From Synechocystis sp. PCC 6803 substr. PCC-P (GTDB lineage: Bacteria > Cyanobacteriota > Cyanobacteriia > Cyanobacteriales > Microcystaceae), in the NCBI RefSeq assembly GCF_000284455.1, contig NC_017039.1, positions 330,001 to 362,000 on the forward strand: DNA of 32,000 nt. Reading direction: 5' to 3'. Of this stretch, positions 1-9,139 are shown piece by piece; within the stretch, counting starts at the first letter, position 1, and every line of letters begins with the position of its first letter. A program made the position numbers and the translations under genes. The notes beneath the pieces were generated by a model. The model was not told the origin of the DNA. It ran no database searches and worked only from the letters and a program-made list of their open reading frames with translations.

Positions 1-1060
1 CTTCCATGGGCAAAAAGAAGTCGGTGATTTCCGAAACCTGTTGCCGCAAAATTGGCGTATAAATCCGGTTCAAGGCGATCGCCATCATGGCTTCTTCTTT
101 GGGGGGACGACCGCTGAAAGTAGTTAAATAAACGGGATTTTTGCGGTGGGTCAGACACTGGAACCGCACTAGGGGAGAATCCTCCACGCCGCCGTAGTAG
201 CCCATGTGATCGCCAAAGGGGCCATCGGGTAACATTTCGCCGGGGGTAATGGTACCTTCCAGCACAAATTCTGAGTCCGCCGGCACTTCCAAATCGACGG
301 TTTTACATTTAGCTAGGGCCACCCCAGAACCACCGTATAACCCCGCAAATAACCATTCTGACAAATCCACCGGGATCGGTGTGGCCGCCGCCATAATAAT
401 TAATGGATCTACCCCCAAGGCGATCGCCACTTCTAATTTTTTGCCCTGTTCCGCCGCTTTGCGTAAATGCCTGGCCCCTCCCCGCACCGACAGCCAATGG
501 ACCGTCATGGTGGTTTTGGATTGCAGTTGCAGACGATAAACCCCCACATTGGGGGTGCCCGTTTCACAGTCCTTGGTGATCACTAAACCAAGGGTAATAA
601 TTTTGCCCGCATCACCGGGATAGGGCCGGATCAAGGGGATTTGGTTTAAATCGAGATTTTCACCATCGATGACTACTTCTTGGCAGGGGGGAAAGAAGTT
701 ACGCCCTGGTTTGGCCTTGAGCACATCAAACAACACTTTGCCAAAATCAATGGCCTGGGAAATTTTCTTGGGCGGCTTAGGCTGTTGCAACAGGGCTAGC
801 TTTTTGCCCAAATCCTCCAACTCCAGAGGATGGTCCATATTCATGGCCCAACAGATGCGCTCCACTGTGCCCATCAAATTCACCGCCACCGGGAAAGGGG
901 AGCCTTTGACATTCTCAAATAACAGCCCTGGGCCACCGGCCTGTAGCATCCGGTTAGAGATTTCCGCCACTTCCAAATCGGGATCCACCTCAGCGGTAAT
1001 GCGGCGCAACTGCCCCCGTGTTTCCAACAACTGGATGAATCCCCGTAAATCTCTGGCCAT
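1..1060 (-). CDS. ubiD: UbiD-family prenyl-hydroxybenzoate decarboxylase, N-terminal ~353 codons; the C-terminus lies beyond the left edge
   Basis: Absent from the ORF track because it runs off the window. Reverse-complement translation from the ATG at 1060-1058 is open to position 1. It reads MARDLRGFIQLLETRGQLRRITAEVDPDLEVAEISNRMLQAGGPGLLFENVKGSPFPVAVNLMGT ... DGPFGDHMGYYGG ... TFSGRPPKEE. This is colinear with E. coli UbiD as I remember it (LRDFLTLLEQQGELKRI ..., GPYGDHTGYY, TGRPPDE). Confidence 0.9.
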   Translation of the reverse strand, partial: MARDLRGFIQLLETRGQLRRITAEVDPDLEVAEISNRMLQAGGPGLLFENVKGSPFPVAVNLMGTVERICWAMNMDHPLELEDLGKKLALLQQPKPPKKISQAIDFGKVLFDVLKAKPGRNFFPPCQEVVIDGENLDLNQIPLIRPYPGDAGKIITLGLVITKDCETGTPNVGVYRLQLQSKTTMTVHWLSVRGGARHLRKAAEQGKKLEVAIALGVDPLIIMAAATPIPVDLSEWLFAGLYGGSGVALAKCKTVDLEVPADSEFVLEGTITPGEMLPDGPFGDHMGYYGGVEDSPLVRFQCLTHRKNPVYLTTFSGRPPKEEAMMAIALNRIYTPILRQQVSEITDFFLPME

Positions 1061-1143
1061 GGCTGATGTCTAAACAAATACGCTCTCTAGCTTAACGGGT
1101 TTAGCCCGACCAGGATGGCGATCTCCAACGAGAATTTGCCGCT

Positions 1144-3027
1144 ATGCTAGGGGTTGACAATGATAGACGGCAAAAATTGTTGAAAACTTTTCATCCCCTT
1201 ACGGCGATCGCCGTCACTCCCCAAGCCGTTAAATTGCTTCTGCCCGTGGTGGAAACGTTGACGGGAAAATTGCTTTTATCAAAATCTTTGGCAGAGGAAT
1301 TAGAGCTTGGCAAAAATTCCCTAGTGGAAACCTATGGCGATTCTTTGGCAACGGCTGTGGCAGAACGCTGGAATAACCATCAAGCCTTTATTTTTGGTTT
1401 AGCCACGGGGGCCGTAGTCCGCTTAATTGCTCCTTTATTGCAAAGTAAACAAAGTGATCCCGCTGTGCTGGTGGTGGATGCCATGGGTCAATCGGTGATT
1501 AGTTTACTCAGCGGCCACCAAGGGGGAGGCGATCGCCTGGCGCAGATAGTGGCGGAACAGTTGCAGGCAAAAGCAATTCTCACTGGCGGGGCCAATGGCT
1601 TGGGGCAGATAGCAGTGGATTGTTTAGGCATCCCCTTTGGTTGGCGCAAAGGAAAAGGAGATTGGACAGCGGTAAGTTCTGCTTTGGCCGCTCAAAAATT
1701 AGTAGGAGTAACACAAACGGCGGGGTTAACTCTTTGGCAAAATCATTTACCCCCAGGCCATGGTTTTACTTTTTCTGGAACTAAGGAGACGACGGCAACC
1801 TTATTAATCACCGTTCAAGAAAGTAATTTGGAAAAACTGAATAAACCCATGGCCCCATGGCATCCCCGACTGTTATGGATTGGCGTTGGCTGTGTGCGGG
1901 GTACGGATTTAGCTTTGTTAGAACGGGCTTTGTTAGAAGTTTTAGAACGGGAAAATTTAAGCCCTTTGGCGATCGCGGGCCTGGCCAGTGTCCATTTAAA
2001 AGCCGACGAAGTGGGAATGCAACAATTCGCCCAAAAATACGATTTGCCCTTTTTCACTTTTCCCCCAGAACAGTTAGCGGCCCAGGCTGTCCCCAATCCC
2101 TCCGAGGTGGTTCTTCAAGAAGTGGGTACCCCCAGTGTGGCGGAAGCGGCGGCATTAACGGCGGCTCAAATGTATAGCCAAGGGGGAAAATTGATAGCGG
2201 AAAAAGTAATTGTTAAACAACACAACCAAGCAGTAACAGTGGCGATCGCCAAGGGAGAAAGGGAATACATCGGCAAACCGGGACAGTTATGGTTAGTGGG
2301 CACCGGGCCCGGAGAATTAAGCCAAATTTCCCCAGCGGCCCGAACGGCTATTAGAGAAGCAGACGTGCTCATTGGCTACGGACTTTATTTAGATTTGATT
2401 GATCCTCTACGACGACCCGGCCAAATTTGTGAAACGTTCCCCCTCACCCAGGAGCGGCAACGGTGTCAGCGAGCCATTGAGTTGGCCCAATGGGGTTTAA
2501 CGGTGGCGGTGCTATCCTCCGGGGATTGTGGCATTTACGGCATGGCTGGGCTAGTGTTGGAAGAACTGGAGAAATTAAATTGGGATGGGCAAACCCCCGC
2601 AGTGGAAGTTTTTCCCGGCATTAGTGCCTTCCAAGCAGCGGCGGCCCGGGTGGGTGCTCCCCTGATGCACGACTTTTGCGCCATTAGCCTCAGCGATTTG
2701 CTTACCCCCAAAGAAAAAATTCTGCAACGGTTAACGGCGGCGGCCCAGGCGGATTTTGTCACCGCTCTGTATAACCCCAAATCCCAAAAGCGCACCGAGT
2801 TGATTGAACAGGCCCAAGCTATTTTCCTACAATGGCGATCGCCAACCACTCCGGTGGCCCTGGTGCGTTCCGTTTATCGCCAAGATGAAACCATTGTGCG
2901 TACCACGTTGGCGGCAATGCTGAACTTTCCCATTGATATGCTGACGGTGGTGCTCATCGGCAACAGTAACACCTACAATTATCAAGATTATTTGATTACT
3001 CCCCGGGGCTATTATGCCAATGCCTAG
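1144..3027 (+). CDS. cobJ: Fused CbiG-like / precorrin-3B (cobalt-factor III) C17-methyltransferase (CobJ/CbiH-type), cobalamin biosynthesis
   Basis: 627-aa ORF with an ATG start. The C-terminal half carries the tetrapyrrole methylase signature (LWLVGTGPGELSQISPAARTAIREADVLIGYGLYLDLI ... VAVLSSGDCGIYGMAGL). The N-terminal ~370 aa resembles CbiG (AFIFGLATGAVVRLIAPLL ... LWIGVGCVRG ... LASVHLKADE). Confidence 0.85.
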   Translation: MLGVDNDRRQKLLKTFHPLTAIAVTPQAVKLLLPVVETLTGKLLLSKSLAEELELGKNSLVETYGDSLATAVAERWNNHQAFIFGLATGAVVRLIAPLLQSKQSDPAVLVVDAMGQSVISLLSGHQGGGDRLAQIVAEQLQAKAILTGGANGLGQIAVDCLGIPFGWRKGKGDWTAVSSALAAQKLVGVTQTAGLTLWQNHLPPGHGFTFSGTKETTATLLITVQESNLEKLNKPMAPWHPRLLWIGVGCVRGTDLALLERALLEVLERENLSPLAIAGLASVHLKADEVGMQQFAQKYDLPFFTFPPEQLAAQAVPNPSEVVLQEVGTPSVAEAAALTAAQMYSQGGKLIAEKVIVKQHNQAVTVAIAKGEREYIGKPGQLWLVGTGPGELSQISPAARTAIREADVLIGYGLYLDLIDPLRRPGQICETFPLTQERQRCQRAIELAQWGLTVAVLSSGDCGIYGMAGLVLEELEKLNWDGQTPAVEVFPGISAFQAAAARVGAPLMHDFCAISLSDLLTPKEKILQRLTAAAQADFVTALYNPKSQKRTELIEQAQAIFLQWRSPTTPVALVRSVYRQDETIVRTTLAAMLNFPIDMLTVVLIGNSNTYNYQDYLITPRGYYANA

Positions 3028-3129
3028 AAAAAAACAGTCAATTACTGGAGCGGTGCTCAAGCCCTCTAATCCCATAATTTTCAAGGTACCCTGAATAGAA
3101 GTGAGTCCGTTGACCGGGAGTATTTTCCA

Positions 3130-4485
3130 ATGAAGCTGGTGAAGGATGTACAACTGAGGCGTTATACCCCTCCCACCTGTACTTTAGAGTTGTGGCAAAC
3201 TCGACGGGTATGGCAAAGACCTCCCCAAACTTTGCCGGCGGATTATCGTTTTGCGCTCCATTTTGACGATCCCCGTTTGCCGGAAGTAGAACAATTAACT
3301 TTGTCTGGCACACCGGAGGAGTTGGAAGCCCTCGCTTTAGCGGTGGAAACCTATCTCCAGCAACGGCTTAACCCCTGTGCTTCCTTGGAACCAAGCACCT
3401 ATCCGGAACCAGTATTTAATGCGGACGGTGAACCTTCTTTTTGCCTACGACCCCAGGGATTATGGAGCCATGAACTTTTGGGGATGGGGGCTCCCATTAC
3501 CCTCAATACTTCCCAGTTGTACGATCTGATGCTGGCCTTGGAAGGTTTCCGTCTCCAGGATTTAGAGCCGAGCCGGATGTCAGTGCTCATGGCCAGAGAA
3601 CAGTCGCCTAAAGCATTGGTCTTAGCCGGAATGGTAGCAGCCGGTAGTGTGGCGGCGATCGCCATAGCGGCCCTGTGGATGCGCCAACCCCAACCCGAAG
3701 TGGCGGTGCAGAATAATTTTCAACTGCCAATGCCCAACCAATTTCAGTTTGAGGAAGTTAGCTCTATGGTGCCACCACCACCGAGGGGCGATACCCCCTC
3801 CCCTCAATTGGCCCCAATCCTAGCTTTACGGGATCCTCTGCCTTCCCCCAGTGCCGTGCTAGCTGCTGCTCCCCCTCCCCGTAATCCTAATATTCCCCTA
3901 GTGGTGCCCCCAGAAAGGGTGCGTCCCCCTGATTTACAAGCTCCAGGAGCCCCAGGGGAAACCTATATTGCCATTCCTGATCCCACTAATCTACAACCCC
4001 TGACACCGCCGCCAGAACCGTCTTACCCCGGTGCCTTGGCTATTTTGCCCCGCCCCGACGGTCAACCCCTACCCTATGGTGGCGAGATATTGTCCACTAC
4101 CCCCGATTTACCGCCTCTGCCCCCTGCTTCTAATCCCGTTAGTTTTAGGCCGCCTCGACCCCGTGCTGTGCCACCCCGTTCCACCAATTTACTGGACACC
4201 ATTCCCCAGGTGGCGGAAGTGCGTAAGTTCTATCAAGAGCAGTGGCAACCGCCGGAAGATCAAACCCAAACGTTGGAATATCGCCTACAAATTGATCCCA
4301 GTGGGACGGTGAAGAGAACCATGCCCCTAGGCCGAGCCGCTAGCATTTACATGGCCCGCCTGCCCCAACCTGCCCCTGGGGAACCGTTGGTCTCTCCCCT
4401 CGCCGATGACAGGATGGAAACCATTCGCTTAGTACTTACTCCCCTGGGAGATGTGAAGGCTTTTCTGGAAGATCAACCCCAATAG
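3130..4485 (+). CDS. Hypothetical membrane-anchored proline-rich protein (DUF4335-like N-terminus, one TM helix, ~170-aa Pro-rich spacer, small C-terminal domain)
   Basis: 451-aa ORF with an ATG start. TM segment ALVLAGMVAAGSVAAIAIAALWM. The following region is very rich in P. No recognisable catalytic motif. Confidence 0.7.
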   Translation: MKLVKDVQLRRYTPPTCTLELWQTRRVWQRPPQTLPADYRFALHFDDPRLPEVEQLTLSGTPEELEALALAVETYLQQRLNPCASLEPSTYPEPVFNADGEPSFCLRPQGLWSHELLGMGAPITLNTSQLYDLMLALEGFRLQDLEPSRMSVLMAREQSPKALVLAGMVAAGSVAAIAIAALWMRQPQPEVAVQNNFQLPMPNQFQFEEVSSMVPPPPRGDTPSPQLAPILALRDPLPSPSAVLAAAPPPRNPNIPLVVPPERVRPPDLQAPGAPGETYIAIPDPTNLQPLTPPPEPSYPGALAILPRPDGQPLPYGGEILSTTPDLPPLPPASNPVSFRPPRPRAVPPRSTNLLDTIPQVAEVRKFYQEQWQPPEDQTQTLEYRLQIDPSGTVKRTMPLGRAASIYMARLPQPAPGEPLVSPLADDRMETIRLVLTPLGDVKAFLEDQPQ

Positions 4486-4506
4486 TCCGCACCATCCAAC
4501 AAAAAA

Positions 4507-4533
4507 AGGCCCGCTGGTTTTTCCGTCGGGCCT
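4507..4533. terminator. Candidate bidirectional intrinsic terminator between convergent genes
   Basis: 7-bp GC-rich stem AGGCCCG (4507-4513) / CGGGCCT (4527-4533) with a 13-nt loop. An A7 run precedes it (a T7 run on the minus strand, immediately 3' of the hairpin for the DAHP synthase transcript). T-rich sequence follows it on the plus strand. Confidence 0.55.
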
Positions 4534-4567
4534 GGTTTAATCTGTTTTAGTTTTACAGCGCGAATTC

Positions 4568-5623
4568 CTAGGCCAGGGCCGCTACTTTAGGCCAACGTCC
4601 TACAGTTTGCCCAATAACCGCCAATTGCTTCATGGTTTCGTCGAAGCGGTCGGGGGTCAAAGATTGGGGCCCATCGGACATAGCTTTAGCCGGGTTGGGA
4701 TGCACTTCAATCATCAAGGAGTCTGTCCCCGCGGCGATCGCCGCCATGGCCATGGAGGGCACATACTCGGATTTACCGGTGCCGTGGCTGGGGTCGATCA
4801 TAATGGGCAGGTGCGTAAGGGAGCGCAGGACAGGCAACACCGACAAATCAAGGCAATTGCGGGTGTAATGGCCGTCAAAGGTGCGAATGCCCCGCTCACA
4901 AAGAATCACGTTGGGATTACCCGCCGCGAGAATGTATTCTGCCGCCATTAACCATTCATCAATGGTGGCCGCCATGCCCCGCTTTAACAGCACTGGCTTA
5001 TCCTGGGCCCCTACCTTTTTCAGCATGGAGAAATTCTGCATATTGCGGGCACCCACTTGGATTACATCCGCCACTTCCGCAATGATTTCTAAATCCGCCG
5101 CATCCATCACTTCGGTGATAATGCCCAAACCAGTGGCTTCCTTAGCTGCTGCCAACAGACCTAGAGCACTTTCCCCATGACCTTGGAAAGCGTAGGGAGA
5201 GGTACGGGGTTTGAAGGCGCCGCCCCGTAAAAACTGGGCCCCGGCCGCCTTAACTCGACGGGCCGTTTCCACAATCATGGTTTCATTTTCCACCGAACAG
5301 GGGCCTGCTACCACAGCCACCGGATGGTTTTTGCCGATCGCCACGGGGCCAGCGGGGGTAGAAACGATTACTTCACTGTATTCCCCATGGCGGAAAGTCA
5401 AACTAGCCCGTTTAAAAGGTTGTTCCACCCGTAATACATCTTCAATCCAGGGGCTAACCTCTTGGATTTGCAAAGGATCAAGTCCGGCTGTTTCCCCCAC
5501 CAACCCCATCACAACTTTGTGCTTACCAACAATCTTTTCGGGGGTGAGGCCCCGTTCGGCAAACTCCTTACCAATGCGCTCAATTTCTATTTCTGGGGTG
5601 CCGACTTTCATGACGACGATCAT
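4568..5623 (-). CDS. aroF: 3-deoxy-7-phosphoheptulonate (DAHP) synthase, type I-beta, with an N-terminal ACT/ferredoxin-like regulatory domain (historically mis-named carboxysome formation protein CcmA in Synechocystis)
   Basis: 351-aa ORF with an ATG start. The core motifs AGPCSVENE, FLRGGAFKPRTSPYAFQG, KRG and IDPSHGTG are typical of the KDO8P/DAHP-synthase I-beta family. The first ~80 aa (MIVVMKVGTPE...) form an extra small domain. Confidence 0.9.
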   Translation of the reverse strand: MIVVMKVGTPEIEIERIGKEFAERGLTPEKIVGKHKVVMGLVGETAGLDPLQIQEVSPWIEDVLRVEQPFKRASLTFRHGEYSEVIVSTPAGPVAIGKNHPVAVVAGPCSVENETMIVETARRVKAAGAQFLRGGAFKPRTSPYAFQGHGESALGLLAAAKEATGLGIITEVMDAADLEIIAEVADVIQVGARNMQNFSMLKKVGAQDKPVLLKRGMAATIDEWLMAAEYILAAGNPNVILCERGIRTFDGHYTRNCLDLSVLPVLRSLTHLPIMIDPSHGTGKSEYVPSMAMAAIAAGTDSLMIEVHPNPAKAMSDGPQSLTPDRFDETMKQLAVIGQTVGRWPKVAALA

Positions 5624-5774
5624 GACAAACTTCCTCTATTCGATAGGTTGGGACAGGGAGGGTTAAAAGCTTAGCTAAAGGTCTGACAGTAAATGCGGAC
5701 TCGAAAAGCCGATGCTAATGCTAATTTTAACGAAATTATTTTGACCAACAGGACTGGGCAATTATTATTGACCA

Positions 5775-5792
5775 ATTGTTAACTTTGTTAAC
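5775..5792. promoter_or_regulatory. Tandem 9-bp repeat (A/T)TTGTTAAC x2, each containing the palindrome GTTAAC; possible operator upstream of the DAHP synthase gene
   Basis: attgttaac (5775-5783) is followed directly by tttgttaac (5784-5792). The site lies in the AT-rich gap ~150 nt upstream of the aroF start at 5623. Confidence 0.2.
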
Positions 5793-5818
5793 GAAAATTT
5801 ACAAATTCTGAGTTTTGT

Positions 5819-6295
5819 TCAACGATCGCCATTGTCCTGGGCCGTTTGTTGGGCGTTGCGCCAGACAGCGATGGTACGACTGAGGTTGAGGCGAAATTCC
5901 GGCCAGCCCCAGACACTGCCAGGCTCATCTTCCCAGGAGGTGGAAAAAATGCCATAGCTTAAGCCCACCACCCCTAGACCAAAAAAGAGCAGACTCACCG
6001 AAAACACCACATAGGTGGGAATCTCAAACCAGTCCCGGCTCACAACAAGATAAAAAAGCACAAAGGATAACATGCCCAGCCCAGTGGGAATGCCGGAGAA
6101 CAGGGCCATGCGTTTAACCATCCTTTGGCTCACCACGGCGGGAATGCCACTGTCTGCTGAACGGCGGCCCTTTTTATCTTTGGCTCCGCTGGTTTTAGTG
6201 CTCGGAGCCACCACTGCAGGGGGCTTTTTTTCAACCTTTTTCTTTTTTGATTTCCGCTCAAAAGGAAGACGGTCTCGATTGGTGGGGTCAGCCAT
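5819..6295 (-). CDS. pam68: Pam68-like photosystem II assembly factor (DUF3464 family)
   Basis: 158-aa ORF with an ATG start. It has a basic N-terminal tail (KKKKVEKKPP...) followed by two TM helices (MALFSGIPTGLGMLSFVLFYLVV; VVFSVSLLFFGLGVVGLSYGIF). It lies 17 nt downstream of rpsO, matching my recollection of Sll0933. Confidence 0.75.
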   Translation of the reverse strand: MADPTNRDRLPFERKSKKKKVEKKPPAVVAPSTKTSGAKDKKGRRSADSGIPAVVSQRMVKRMALFSGIPTGLGMLSFVLFYLVVSRDWFEIPTYVVFSVSLLFFGLGVVGLSYGIFSTSWEDEPGSVWGWPEFRLNLSRTIAVWRNAQQTAQDNGDR

Positions 6296-6312
6296 GGGAA
6301 AAATGCAAAAAC

Positions 6313-6582
6313 TTAACGACGGATACCGAGGCGTTTGATCAGGGCTTGGTAACGTTCTGGTTCCCGGGCATTGATGAAGCTTAATAGACGCTTACGACGA
6401 CCAATCATTTTGAGCAGGCCCCGACGGGAAGCGTGGTCTTTGGGGTTAGCTTTGAGGTGCCCTGTGAGCTGGGTAATTCTTTCTGTCAAGAAGGCCACTT
6501 GCAGATCAGCGGACCCAGTATCAGTCTCGTGGGCTTGATACTCGGTCATCAATTCTTGTTTACGGATTTGGGTTAAGGACAT
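6313..6582 (-). CDS. rpsO: 30S ribosomal protein S15
   Basis: 89-aa ORF: MSLTQIRKQELMTEYQAHETDTGSADLQVAFLTERITQLTGHLKANPKDHASRRGLLKMIGRRKRLLSFI... This is a canonical S15 sequence. Confidence 0.97.
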   Translation of the reverse strand: MSLTQIRKQELMTEYQAHETDTGSADLQVAFLTERITQLTGHLKANPKDHASRRGLLKMIGRRKRLLSFINAREPERYQALIKRLGIRR

Positions 6583-6746
6583 AGTCTCTGTGGAAAAAAC
6601 CTAGGCTGTAAAGTATTGGGCGATAAATTTCGTTGCAATCTCTTACTATATCACGTTTGCCGGAGGGCTCCTTTCCATCACGAAAAGGGAAAGTTATCGA
6701 CAACCAAAGACGTTGGGGGGCAAATCATTCCAGATTCAAATCAGAT

Positions 6747-7760
6747 CTAAAACAGATAACTATGGGCCAAACTGAGCAGAAAGGTTAACTGGCCTGTCAG
6801 GAGGAGCAGATAGATAACAATGCGCCGTTGGAAAACGGAAAGCAATAGCCCGATGCTTTTGACATCAATCATGGGGCCAAAGACTAAAAATGCTAACAGG
6901 GAGCTACTAGTGAAGGTGGAAACAAAGGAGAGGGCAAAAAATGAGTCCACTGTGGAACAGACCGATACCACCACCGATAGCAACATCATGGCCAAAATGG
7001 AGCTAATGGTGCCTTGTCCCAACAGTAAAATCCATTCCCTGGGAATGAAAACTTGGATGACGGCGGCGATTAAACTGCCTAAAATTAGCATGCCGCCCAA
7101 TTCCCGTAATTCCTGCACAATATTGTCGGTGAACATTTCCCAACGGCTGGGGGCAATGGGGGGTAGGAGGGTTTCCACCGCTTGCTCGTCTAATTTCAGC
7201 AGTTGACCGCTGTTACCACTTCCCAAGAGAAAGGTGCCCGATTGCAAAAGGGGGGATTCACAGGCGATCGCCGTGGGGGATTCTTCCGGACGAGTGAGGT
7301 AGGCCAATCTACGACCCAAAGCAGGTTTAAGCAGAGGCACTGCGTCCAACTGACGACTAAACACCCAACTGACAATCACAGTAATAATCAGGGAGCAGAC
7401 TACCCGGGCCACTACCATGCCCGGTTGATCCCGAAAAGCCACCCAGGTGGACCAAATCACAATCGGATTAATGGTGGGAGCAGCCAACAAAAATGCCACT
7501 GCTACCGAAGGGGGCAAACCCTGCATCAAAAATCTTCTGGCCACGGGCACATTGCCACACTCACACACCGGAAACATAAACCCCACCAAGCTACCGGCGA
7601 TCGCCCCGAGGAAAGGATTACGGGGAATATAGGCAATTAGCTTTTTTTCATCGCTGAAGACTAATAGGGCACTGGAGAGCACTACCCCAAAGGTGAGGAA
7701 GGGGATGGCCTCCACCAGCAAGCTCAAAAAAATAGTAAAGGCTTCGTGCAATTGGGTCAT
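6747..7760 (-). CDS. Predicted permease (COG0701 / ArsP_1-DUF318-like multi-pass membrane protein)
   Basis: Polytopic hydrophobic ORF with the family-typical FPVCECGNVPVARR motif. The ORF-track start at 7772 is TTG. I prefer the in-frame ATG at 7760-7758 (MTQLHEAF...). Confidence 0.75.
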   Translation of the reverse strand: MTQLHEAFTIFLSLLVEAIPFLTFGVVLSSALLVFSDEKKLIAYIPRNPFLGAIAGSLVGFMFPVCECGNVPVARRFLMQGLPPSVAVAFLLAAPTINPIVIWSTWVAFRDQPGMVVARVVCSLIITVIVSWVFSRQLDAVPLLKPALGRRLAYLTRPEESPTAIACESPLLQSGTFLLGSGNSGQLLKLDEQAVETLLPPIAPSRWEMFTDNIVQELRELGGMLILGSLIAAVIQVFIPREWILLLGQGTISSILAMMLLSVVVSVCSTVDSFFALSFVSTFTSSSLLAFLVFGPMIDVKSIGLLLSVFQRRIVIYLLLLTGQLTFLLSLAHSYLF

Positions 7761-7860
7761 AGATTTAAGCAAAGCCAGGCAGAGTCAGCCCAGGGGACAA
7801 AAACTTCCTGAAGCTCACGGTGAGAGGAGCAAAAAACGATAATACCAAACTGCGATCTTT

Positions 7861-8331
7861 CTAGGGTTGGGTAGGGGTAGGCGTCCCCCCGGTCCCCCCG
7901 CCCTGGTTATTGGGTTCCGTCGGTGCCAAAGGGTTTTGGGGTGGGGGTAACTGGGGATTTTTCACCTGTAGTTTAATGGCCTCCAGCAACTGTTTTAGCC
8001 CCTCTTCCTCCGGATAAATTTTCGTCAACTTCTCCATCGGGGCGATCGCCCCGGCCAAATCCCCCATTTGTAAACGAGCTTCCACCAGCCCTTGCAACGC
8101 GTTGGGATTATCCGGTTCCCGTTGCAATACTTTTTCATATCCCCCAGCGACCTCCTTTAAGCGCTCCAGATCTGCCGCTGTGGGTTGTTGCGGTGTCCCC
8201 TGGGATGGACCCTCAGTCTGGTTAGCATTGCCCCTCAACACAGTCAGCATCGGCACTGTCATCATGCCTAGAAAAGCCAACCCTGAAGCAATGATGAAGG
8301 TCTTTTGTAAAATCTTTTTGGTGGAAGCCAT
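7861..8331 (-). CDS. TPR-repeat protein with an N-terminal signal-anchor helix
   Basis: TM segment TFIIASGLAFLGMMTVPMLTVL, then a TPR-like sequence (YEKVLQREPDNPNALQGLVEARLQMGDLAGAIAPMEKLTKIYPEE) and a Pro/Gly-rich tail. The track start at 8448 is TTG. The ATG at 8331 (MASTKKIL...) is more plausible. Confidence 0.6.
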   Translation of the reverse strand: MASTKKILQKTFIIASGLAFLGMMTVPMLTVLRGNANQTEGPSQGTPQQPTAADLERLKEVAGGYEKVLQREPDNPNALQGLVEARLQMGDLAGAIAPMEKLTKIYPEEEGLKQLLEAIKLQVKNPQLPPPQNPLAPTEPNNQGGGTGGTPTPTQP

Positions 8332-8502
8332 AGAAAAGGGGAAAATTCCCAATAACAACAAAATTAAGCTGGGGGAGCCGGACTTTCTGCAATCCAATGC
8401 CGATGATAACGCGAGGGCCTGTCGGCAAAGTTTTAGTTTCCCGGCCAAAACTTGGCACTAAATAAAAGCTCCGACAATATTAAAGGGCTTTCAAAACAAG
8501 CT

Positions 8503-9096
8503 TTAGTTAAGAGAAGGCAACGGATAGTAGGAAAAATAACTGTAAACCCCCCCCGCAAAAGCCGAGCCACAGATTAGGGCTAATAATAACAAGCTTTGCC
8601 CCTGGCCCATACCCAGATTACGCAACTCAATCCGACCCAGAATAGCCGCCGCTAGTAGCAACAAAAATGAAGTGAAATAATTAAACCACCGCAGGGCCAC
8701 GACAAAAACAAAACACCAAAACACCATGGACACCATCGACCGCAATTCTGACTTAGCCCAATTGCCCACCACATAGGTCATCAGGGTAATGGGGGTAGTC
8801 AAAGCTAAAGTGGTCAACGTAATGATGAACAGGGTAAAAATATGGATTAAAGCCAGAATCGTCCTTTGATCCAGTTCTATCTGCCAACCCTTGAGGTGTT
8901 CGTGGAACATCGTGCTCCAGGGCACACTGGCCTCGGCCAATCTCCAGCCAAAGGCCACATAGGCAACAATTACCAAAGCAAGGGATAAAAAAGGAATGGA
9001 TTTGAGCCAGGGCATGGACAGTTTCCCCCCAGGGCTGAGGATTATCGTGATCAAAACAGCCAAAAACGAGAAAACGAAGAAGGCATAGTCGGCCAC
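8503..9096 (-). CDS. Hypothetical integral membrane protein (about 6 predicted TM segments)
   Basis: 197-aa hydrophobic ORF with a GTG start at 9096. No recognisable motif. Coding is supported only by length and consistent TM periodicity. Confidence 0.55.
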   Translation of the reverse strand: MADYAFFVFSFLAVLITIILSPGGKLSMPWLKSIPFLSLALVIVAYVAFGWRLAEASVPWSTMFHEHLKGWQIELDQRTILALIHIFTLFIITLTTLALTTPITLMTYVVGNWAKSELRSMVSMVFWCFVFVVALRWFNYFTSFLLLLAAAILGRIELRNLGMGQGQSLLLLALICGSAFAGGVYSYFSYYPLPSLN

Positions 9097-9139
9097 AGAA
9101 ACCCACCGCCATCTTCGTTAATCTTCGTGCCAAAACAAA

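Noticed and set aside
249-1073. Plus-strand ORFs at 249-539 (96 aa) and 669-1073 (134 aa) at the left edge
   Set aside because: They lie antisense to, and entirely within, a well-supported UbiD-family reading frame on the minus strand. Their translations are low-complexity with no recognisable motifs.
1061-1143. Possible cobalamin riboswitch upstream of the CbiG-CobJ gene
   Set aside because: The gap is only 83 nt, far shorter than a B12 riboswitch. The only vaguely B12-box-like string (AGCCCGACCAGGATGGC) does not match the consensus as I remember it.
4031-4312. 93-aa alternative-frame ORF inside the proline-rich gene
   Set aside because: It is a by-product of CCN-rich sequence lacking stop codons. 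The main frame is continuous for 451 aa and has coherent domain structure.
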